This document shows positions 19,300-26,214 of a DNA stretch of 26,214 nucleotides, in pieces. The stretch lies in the sequence record SRR20825019_624; one strand, given 5' to 3'. Position numbers and translations under genes: made by a program. The notes under the pieces are model-generated. The model had not been told where the DNA came from. It saw nothing but the letters and a program-made list of their open reading frames with translations, and made no database searches. Positions within the stretch are counted from its first letter, which is position 1. Each line of letters starts with the position of its first letter.

Positions 19300-21414
19300 C
19301 TATCGGGGCTCTTCCTTGACGGCGACAATAGCAACACTTTCAGCGGTGAGCGAGAAGGTTTGGCGGGGCGTTTCATCCGCTTTAAACTCTTCACCTATTT
19401 GGGCAGTGTTGAGCACACAGGTGCCGGTCATGCCCTTGGGCAGGGTGACTGTGAGATCGCCCCCGCTAGCGTTCATGAAAACGATGAAGGTGCTATCGGT
19501 GAGCGGTTTTCCGTCCGTCCCCATTGGTGCGCCCGCTGACCCACACAGCATGAGACCAAAGGCGGGCAAGGCTGCATCGCGCCAGTGATCATCGGTCATC
19601 TCATCGCCGGTCGTTGTGAGCCAGGTGATGTCTTTGATGCCTTGTGCGCTTTGGTGTTTGCCGTGCATGAAATGCCTGCGGCTGAAAACCGGGTGCGCGC
19701 GCCGGAACGCGATCAGTTGCCGGGTAAACTCTAACAGTTGTCGGTCAAGGCCGCGCCAATTCAGCCAGGTGATTTCATTGTCCTGACAGTAGGCGTTGTT
19801 ATTGCCTTTCTGGCTGTGGCCGATCTCGTCACCCGCGAGCAGCATGGGTGTACCCTGTGCTGTCATGAGCGTTACCAGCAGGTTGCGCACACGTTTGGCA
19901 CGGCGTTTCAGGACAACTACGTCAGCGGTGGGCCCTTCTGCGCCGCAGTTGTCGCTCAGGTTATGGCCGTGCCCGTCACGATTTTCCTCCAGGTTCGCTT
20001 CATTGTGTTTTCCGTTGAAGTTGGCTGTATCCTTGAGAGTGAAACCGTCATGGCTGGTAATGAAATTGATGGAGGAATGCGCTGTGCGACCGCCATGGTC
20101 AAAGAAATCGGCGGAGCCGAGCATGCGCGCGGCCAAGTCTGGCACAGTGCCGTTGTTACCGCGCCAGAAGGCGCGGGCACTGTCGCGGAAACGGTCATTC
20201 CATTCTGCCCAGCCGGACGGGAAGGCGCCAAGCTGATATCCGCCCGGCCCGATATCCCAAGGCTCCGCAATCAGTTTCACGCGTGATAAAACAGGGTCCT
20301 GCCGCAAGGCGCTCAGGAAAATACTGTCGGCCCTGAAGCCCTCTGGTGTGCGGGCTGGGGTTGTTGCAAGGTCAAAGCGGAAGCCGTCTACATGCATCTC
20401 TTCCACCCAGAAACGGAGCGAGTCTGTCACCATCTGAAGCACACGTGGGTGGTCGGTATTGAGCGTGTTGCCGCATCCCGTATCGTTCACATAATAGCGT
20501 GGGTTATCTGCATCCAGCCGGTAGTAGCTTTTATTGTCGATCCCGCGCCACGAGAGCGTTGGCCCCAATTCCCAGCTCTCTGCCGTGTGGTTATAAACCA
20601 CATCCAAAATCACCTCGATGCCCGCACTATGGAGCGCTTTCACCATGCGCTGGAAGGAGTGCACACCCGCAGGCCCTAGGTAACTGGCTTCTGGCGCGAA
20701 ATAGGAAACAGGGTTGTAGCCCCAATAATTTGTGAGCCCCAGCTTGGTAAGCCGCGGTTCTGAGAAGGAGGCCTGCACCGGTAAAAGCTCAACGCTTGTC
20801 ACCCCGAGCTTCACCAGATGCTCCAGCATCCTAGGCGATGAAAGGCCCTCAAACGTGCCGCGTTTCTTGACCGGCACACCGGTATGAAGCTGGCTGACGC
20901 CCTTGACATGAGCCTCATAGATGACGGTTTGCTCAGGCGTGACTTGGGGCGAAGCATCCTTGCCCCAACGGAAATCCGGGCGGCTGACAACACATTTTGG
21001 CATGAAGCGCGCGCTGTCTTGTGTGTCGAAACTGAGGTCAGTGTGTGGCGCGGCTGTGGCGTAGCCAAAAAGCGCGTCATGTTGGCGGAAAGCCCCGGAA
21101 AGCCTGCGTGTGTAGGGGTCGATCAGCAATTTATGGGCATTAAACCTGTGGCCGTCCTCTGGGGCGTAGGGGCCATGCACCCGGTAGCCATATAGCTGGC
21201 CTTCCAGCACGTCGGGCATAAAGCCATGCCACACACCATTTGTGTGTTCCGGCAAGGCTACCCGTGACAACTCACGTTTGCCGTCAGGGGAGAAAAGGCA
21301 CAACTCAACACCGGTGGCATTTTCGGAAAACAGCGCGAAGTTGGTGCCGCCATCCAGAATGGTTGCGCCAAGAGCATTGGGGCTTCCCGGTCTTGGTGGC
21401 GCAAAGGATGTCAC
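19300..21414 (-). CDS. glgX: Glycogen debranching enzyme (isoamylase type, GH13)
   Basis: Motifs NFALFSENA, IYEAHVKG, NYWGYNP, DVVYNHTAE, DGFRFDLA, IAEPWDIG, FITSHDGFTL, GNNNAYCQDNE. GTG start with RBS GGAG; stop abuts the malQ ATG. Confidence 0.96.
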   Translation of the reverse strand: MTSFAPPRPGSPNALGATILDGGTNFALFSENATGVELCLFSPDGKRELSRVALPEHTNGVWHGFMPDVLEGQLYGYRVHGPYAPEDGHRFNAHKLLIDPYTRRLSGAFRQHDALFGYATAAPHTDLSFDTQDSARFMPKCVVSRPDFRWGKDASPQVTPEQTVIYEAHVKGVSQLHTGVPVKKRGTFEGLSSPRMLEHLVKLGVTSVELLPVQASFSEPRLTKLGLTNYWGYNPVSYFAPEASYLGPAGVHSFQRMVKALHSAGIEVILDVVYNHTAESWELGPTLSWRGIDNKSYYRLDADNPRYYVNDTGCGNTLNTDHPRVLQMVTDSLRFWVEEMHVDGFRFDLATTPARTPEGFRADSIFLSALRQDPVLSRVKLIAEPWDIGPGGYQLGAFPSGWAEWNDRFRDSARAFWRGNNGTVPDLAARMLGSADFFDHGGRTAHSSINFITSHDGFTLKDTANFNGKHNEANLEENRDGHGHNLSDNCGAEGPTADVVVLKRRAKRVRNLLVTLMTAQGTPMLLAGDEIGHSQKGNNNAYCQDNEITWLNWRGLDRQLLEFTRQLIAFRRAHPVFSRRHFMHGKHQSAQGIKDITWLTTTGDEMTDDHWRDAALPAFGLMLCGSAGAPMGTDGKPLTDSTFIVFMNASGGDLTVTLPKGMTGTCVLNTAQIGEEFKADETPRQTFSLTAESVAIVAVKEEPR

Positions 21415-21424
21415 GAGGGTCTCC

Positions 21425-22891
21425 CTAATTAGTATGGTTTAAAAGGGTCAGATATATCTGCCGGTAACGGTCTGCGGGTTGTTGCCAGCTAACGTCCTGT
21501 TTCATGCCGCGCTTTCGTATGGCACTGAAGGTTCGCTTGTCGCGGAACAGGGCAAAAAAACGGTCGATGGCCGCAATCAGGCTATCAAAGGTTACCGGTG
21601 AAAACTGGATACCGTTCCCGGCACCCGCCATCAGCGCTGCGTCATTCGTGTCAACGATGGTATCGGCCAGCCCGCCAACCCGTGCCACTATGGGCACTGT
21701 GCCGTAGCGAAGCGCGCACAGTTGGGTCAGGCCGCACGGCTCAAAGCGGGACGGGACGAAAATAGCGTCCGCGCCTGCCTGAATAAGGTGTGCCAAGGGC
21801 TCATCATAACCGATGACGGTGGCAACATGGCCTTTGTGGCTCTGGCTGGCTTTCTGGAACGCTGCTTCAAGGTCTTTGTCCCCCGTGCCCAGCACAGCCA
21901 ACTGGCCACCATTGCCAATGATATGCGGGATGGCGCCAGCAAGCAGGTCCAGCCCTTTTTGTTCGGTCAGGCGGCTGATCACACAAAACAGTGGTGCGTC
22001 CTTGTCCACCTCCAGCCCCAGCTGTTGTTGGAGGGCAGTTTTGTTTTTCGCTTTACCAGCAGGCACTTTCAGGCTGAAGGGAGCAGCAAGCGAAGCATCA
22101 ACTTCAGGGTCCCAGACCTCGGTATCAATGCCGTTCGTGATGCCAGATACATGGGCGGCCCGGCTTTTGAGCAGCCCGCCAAGTCCCATACCGCCGTCAT
22201 CTGTCTGTATTTCCCGCGCATAAGTCGGGCTTACGGTGGTGGTGTGGTCGCTGTAGATGATGCCAGCCTTGAGGAAACCAACCTGATCCCAATATTCAAG
22301 CCCGCTTTGGTTGAACATGCTGCTCGGTAGGCCAAGGCCCGCGAACGTGGTTTTTGGGAACAGGCCCTGAAAGGCAAGGTTATGGATTGTGAAAACGGTT
22401 TTTGGCCTTGGCGCGGGCAGCAGCGAAAGATACGCAGACGCGAGCCCCGCCTGCCAGTCATGCGCGTGCAAAATATCAGCTTGCCACTTGCCATCAAGCT
22501 GGCCATGCGCGAGCGAGGCCCCCACTTTTGCAAGGGCCGCGAACCGCTTGTGGTTGTCAGGTCGGTCCTTGCCGTCTGTCCCTTGATAAGGGTTGCCTTC
22601 CATATCAAACAGATGCGGTGCATCAAGCAGATACAGCTTCACCCCCGTGGGCGCGGTGGCGCTCAAAAGCACGGCATCGCCGCCTATGATGTCTTTAATC
22701 TCTGACATTTTTTTCTGTTTGAGTGCCGCTTTTTTAACAGCAGGGAACGCAGGCAACAGCACGCGTGCGTCATCACCGGCGGCGGTAAGTGCACGCGGCA
22801 AGGCACCAATAACGTCCGCGAGGCCCCCCGTTTTAATCAGCGGAAAACATTCCGACGCAACAAACAGCACGCGCAAGGGCGCTTGGCTCAT
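21425..22891 (-). CDS. glgA: Glycogen synthase (GT5)
   Basis: Motifs [60 protein letters not shown] overlap with glgC. Confidence 0.96.
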   Translation of the reverse strand: MSQAPLRVLFVASECFPLIKTGGLADVIGALPRALTAAGDDARVLLPAFPAVKKAALKQKKMSEIKDIIGGDAVLLSATAPTGVKLYLLDAPHLFDMEGNPYQGTDGKDRPDNHKRFAALAKVGASLAHGQLDGKWQADILHAHDWQAGLASAYLSLLPAPRPKTVFTIHNLAFQGLFPKTTFAGLGLPSSMFNQSGLEYWDQVGFLKAGIIYSDHTTTVSPTYAREIQTDDGGMGLGGLLKSRAAHVSGITNGIDTEVWDPEVDASLAAPFSLKVPAGKAKNKTALQQQLGLEVDKDAPLFCVISRLTEQKGLDLLAGAIPHIIGNGGQLAVLGTGDKDLEAAFQKASQSHKGHVATVIGYDEPLAHLIQAGADAIFVPSRFEPCGLTQLCALRYGTVPIVARVGGLADTIVDTNDAALMAGAGNGIQFSPVTFDSLIAAIDRFFALFRDKRTFSAIRKRGMKQDVSWQQPADRYRQIYLTLLNHTN

Positions 22892-24156
22892 CCCTCATGC
22901 TCCAATCGGTCGATCATCTTTTGGGTGATCAGGCAGATGCCCTTTTCGGTGCGGTGGAAACGGCGCGCATCGTCTTCAGGGTCTTCCCCCACAATCAATC
23001 CGCGCGGGATTTCAACGCCGCGATCAATCACACATTTGGACAGTCGTGCCCCTCGGTTGACGTTCACATACGGCAGAGCCACCACATGCTTAAGGCGGCT
23101 GTATGAGCGTGCGTGAACGCCGGTAAACAAGAGCGACCGTTCGATATGGCTGCCGGAAACAATGCAGCCACCCGCCACAAGCGAGCTGATGGACGCACCA
23201 CGGCGCCCTTCCTGATCGTGGATAAATTTGGCAGGCGGCGTGATCTCTGCGTAGGTCCAGATCGGCCATTCCCGGTCATAAAGATTCAGGCCCGGCTCAA
23301 TGGTTGCCAGATCAAGGTTTGCTTCCCAGTAGCTGTCCACGGTGCCGACATCGCGCCAGTAAGCCTCGGCTCCCGGTACGCTGCGAATGCAGGATTTGGT
23401 AAAACGGTGGGCAAAGACCTTTGCGTTTTCAACGAGGTAAGGAATGATGTCCTTGCCAAAATCGCGAGATGAGTTCGGGTCGGCGGCATCACGCTTTAAC
23501 TGGTCGAACAGAAATTTGGTCTCGAACACATAGATGCCCATGGATGCGAGGCATGCATTTGGCTTGCCGGGAATGGTGGGCGGGTTTTCGGGTTTTTCAA
23601 GGAAATTGGTGACATAGTCGTCGTCATCCACATGCATGACACCAAAGCCTTTGGCTTCTTCTGGTGTTACTTCAAGGCAGCCGATGGTGACATCCGCGCC
23701 AGAGTTCACATGCTCCTCGAGCATCATCTCATAGTCCATTTTATAGACATGGTCGCCCGCCAGAATGACCATGAATTTGGGGGCGTAAGATTCGATGATG
23801 TCGATGTTCTGGTAAACCGCGTCCGCTGTGCCTTCATACCACTGGGTTTCAGATACCCGTTGGGAGGCAGGCAGAATGTCGAAACTCTCGTTTCGTTCAG
23901 CCCGGTAAAAGTTCCAGCCGCGTTGCAGGTGCTTGATCAGGCTGTGCGCTTTATATTGTGTTGCAACACCAATGCGGCGAATGCCTGAATTCATGGCGTT
24001 CGAGAGGGCAAAATCGATGATGCGGCTTTTGCCGCCAAAATAAACAGCAGGTTTCGCGCGTTTATCCGTAAGCTCTTTCAAACGGCTGCCGCGGCCGCCT
24101 GCAAGCACATAAGCCATGGTGTGACGCGCGTAGGGTGCTGATACTGTTGTTTTCAA
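22888..24156 (-). CDS. glgC: Glucose-1-phosphate adenylyltransferase (ADP-glucose pyrophosphorylase)
   Basis: Motifs [74 protein letters not shown]. Probable TTG start with a GGGGG RBS about 7 nt upstream. Confidence 0.96.
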   Translation of the reverse strand: MKTTVSAPYARHTMAYVLAGGRGSRLKELTDKRAKPAVYFGGKSRIIDFALSNAMNSGIRRIGVATQYKAHSLIKHLQRGWNFYRAERNESFDILPASQRVSETQWYEGTADAVYQNIDIIESYAPKFMVILAGDHVYKMDYEMMLEEHVNSGADVTIGCLEVTPEEAKGFGVMHVDDDDYVTNFLEKPENPPTIPGKPNACLASMGIYVFETKFLFDQLKRDAADPNSSRDFGKDIIPYLVENAKVFAHRFTKSCIRSVPGAEAYWRDVGTVDSYWEANLDLATIEPGLNLYDREWPIWTYAEITPPAKFIHDQEGRRGASISSLVAGGCIVSGSHIERSLLFTGVHARSYSRLKHVVALPYVNVNRGARLSKCVIDRGVEIPRGLIVGEDPEDDARRFHRTEKGICLITQKMIDRLEHEG

Positions 24157-24219
24157 GACATGTCCCCCGAATTTCGGTTTTGGCGGTGCACTTCAGTGCT
24201 TGTAATAGTCTTGCAAAAC

Positions 24220-24258
24220 TGCAATCGATTGCGCAATAAAAGAATCATATTAGCGCTA
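24220..24258. promoter_or_regulatory. Candidate LacI-family operator(s) in the divergent glgC / glgP spacer
   Basis: Perfect 12-bp palindrome GCAATCGATTGC (24221-24232) with central CG, and a second palindrome TAGCGCTA (24251-24258). Confidence 0.55.
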
Positions 24259-24390
24259 GAATGTTTGCGAATTGGTTTCTTGAGAAACTGATCCGCCATT
24301 GTAAATCAGATGTCACAAAATGTTTTTTACTCTCAGGTAGAACGCTACCGACACAATGTGTTTCCTCTACTGCGACAAGGCTAAAGTAAT

Positions 24391-26214
24391 ATGACAACCC
24401 GCGATTTGGACATGCCCGTTACACCCGCCAACGCCCTGACACTGGGAGATGCAGTATTGAGGCATCTCGTTTACTCGGTCGGCAAGGATCAATCCCATGC
24501 TGTGGAGCGCGATTGGTGCGTTGCCCTTTCGCTTGCGATTCGCGACCTGATGGTCGACGGCTGGATGGATACTACACGCCGCATCTATAAAACCAAACAG
24601 AAGCGGGTTTATTATTTATCGATGGAATTCATGATCGGTCGCTTGCTTGAGGATGCGATCGCCAACATGGGTTTGATCAAGGAAGCCAAAGAATTTTTCG
24701 GTGAGCTTGGCTTGAACTTGAGCGATATTCTGAACTCTGAGCCAGACCCGGCGCTGGGTAATGGTGGCCTTGGGCGCCTGGCGGCCTGTTTTATGGATTC
24801 GATGGCGACGGTGGGTGTTGCAGGTATTGGCTACGGCATCCGGTATGAGCATGGCATCTTCCGCCAAAGCTTTCAGGATGGCTGGCAGCTTGAAGAACCG
24901 GAAGATTGGCTGGTATTTGGTAACGCATGGGAGTTCCAGCGCCCTGAAGTGGAATATTCAGTTGAGTTCGGCGGTTCGGTCCAGCGCGACAATACAGGTA
25001 AAATGATCTGGACACCGTCGGAACGTATTCTCGCAGGTGCCTTTGATACACCAATTGCGGGTTGGGGCGGCAAACATGTGAACACACTCAGGCTTTGGTC
25101 TGCACGGTCAGCGGAAGTGTTGAACCTGCATCAGTTTAACCAGGGTGAATTTATGGCCGCCGCGCAGCAGCAGGTGCTTGCGGAATCGATCACCAAGGTT
25201 CTCTACCCCGGTGACCACACGGCAGAGGGGCGTGAGCTTCGTCTCAAACAGGAAGTGTTTTTCACCTCCGCCAGCCTTCAGGATATCCTGCGCCGCTTCA
25301 GACTTGATAACACCAACTGGAACGAGTTGCCGCAATATGCGGCGGTGCAGCTTAACGACACCCACCCGGCAATTGCAGTACCGGAACTTGTGCGGCTTTT
25401 AGTGGATAAACACGGGCTTGAATTTGTTGAATCGTTCGAGATCGCGCGGGCCACACTTCACTACACCAACCACACGCTGTTGCCTGAAGCGCTTGAGAAA
25501 TGGCCGCTGGAATTGTTTGAGCGTTGCTTGCCGCGCCACCTGCAGATCATTCGCGAGATTGACAACCTGTTCGCCGCAGAAGTTGCCGCAAAATATGAGG
25601 GTAAAAACGTCGATCCCATGAAAGCGATTGACCCCCACCACGGTGGGTGGGTTCGCATGGGCAACCTAGCGTTCATTGGCTCAAGCCATGTTAACGGCGT
25701 GTCTGCGCTGCATACGGAACTGATGAAACAGACAGTGTTTAAAGACCTGCATGAAATTTACCCGGACCGTATTTTGAACCAAACCAACGGCATTACGCCG
25801 CGTCGCTGGCTTTATGAGTGTAACCCGCTTCTGGCTGACCTGATTACGGAGACAATTGGCGATGCGTGGGTGAAAGACCTTGAGCATATTGCCGCGCTTG
25901 CACCGCATGCGGACGATAAAACCTTCCGCAAGAAGTTTGCAGCAGTTAAGGCGGAGAACAAGGTGCATCTCGCCGCCTTCATCAAACAGCAAACCGGAAT
26001 TGTGGTGAACCCCACCTCCCTCTTTGATGTGCAAATCAAGCGTATTCACGAGTATAAGCGGCAGCTCCTGAATGCGCTTGAGACCATGGCACTTTATAAC
26101 GCCATCAAGGAAGACCCGAGCGCTGGCTGGACACCGCGGGTGAAGATATTCGCAGGCAAGGCGGCACCAAGCTATACACTGGCGAAGCTGATCATCAAGC
26201 TGATCAACGACGTG
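24391..26214 (+). CDS. glgP: Glycogen/starch/alpha-glucan phosphorylase, 3' end truncated by the window edge; absent from the ORF track
   Basis: Hand translation from ATG 24391: MTTRDLDMPV...RHLVYSVGKD...KRVYYLSMEFMIGRLL...EPDPALGNGGLGRLAACFMDSMAT...GYGIRYEHGIFRQ...QLNDTHPA...YTNHTLLPEALEKW...TNGITPRRW...DVQIKRIHEYKRQLLN...FAGKAAPSY. Start and end are in frame (608 codons). Alternative start at 24412. Confidence 0.96.
   Translation, partial: MTTRDLDMPVTPANALTLGDAVLRHLVYSVGKDQSHAVERDWCVALSLAIRDLMVDGWMDTTRRIYKTKQKRVYYLSMEFMIGRLLEDAIANMGLIKEAKEFFGELGLNLSDILNSEPDPALGNGGLGRLAACFMDSMATVGVAGIGYGIRYEHGIFRQSFQDGWQLEEPEDWLVFGNAWEFQRPEVEYSVEFGGSVQRDNTGKMIWTPSERILAGAFDTPIAGWGGKHVNTLRLWSARSAEVLNLHQFNQGEFMAAAQQQVLAESITKVLYPGDHTAEGRELRLKQEVFFTSASLQDILRRFRLDNTNWNELPQYAAVQLNDTHPAIAVPELVRLLVDKHGLEFVESFEIARATLHYTNHTLLPEALEKWPLELFERCLPRHLQIIREIDNLFAAEVAAKYEGKNVDPMKAIDPHHGGWVRMGNLAFIGSSHVNGVSALHTELMKQTVFKDLHEIYPDRILNQTNGITPRRWLYECNPLLADLITETIGDAWVKDLEHIAALAPHADDKTFRKKFAAVKAENKVHLAAFIKQQTGIVVNPTSLFDVQIKRIHEYKRQLLNALETMALYNAIKEDPSAGWTPRVKIFAGKAAPSYTLAKLIIKLINDV

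Overview
Chromosomal window of a moderately GC-rich bacterium. Gene content and protein styles suggest an alphaproteobacterium (inference only). In order it holds: the end of an Entner-Doudoroff pair (edd partial, eda); a MAPEG protein; a membrane protein translationally coupled to a sodium:solute symporter; a CPD photolyase; a minus-strand GNAT / HSD10-like SDR / AMACR-like CoA-transferase group divergent from a GcvA-like LysR regulator; glutathione reductase; a two-subunit 2-oxoacid:ferredoxin oxidoreductase (korAB); a regulatory islet (SRPBCC <- AT-rich spacer -> ArsR-SRPBCC -> <- YafY-type HTH-WYL regulator); and a glycogen cluster in which glgC-glgA-glgX-malQ-pgm is divergent from glgP. 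glgP runs off the window end and is missing from the supplied ORF track. I see no mobile element, RNA gene, CRISPR array or defence system, and nothing I can honestly call a clearly new system. The best leads are the ArsR/SRPBCC/WYL islet (two apparently leaderless regulators, each with its own palindrome), the enlarged symporter partner protein, the photolyase with a degenerate N-terminal motif, and several intergenic palindromes that look like operators.
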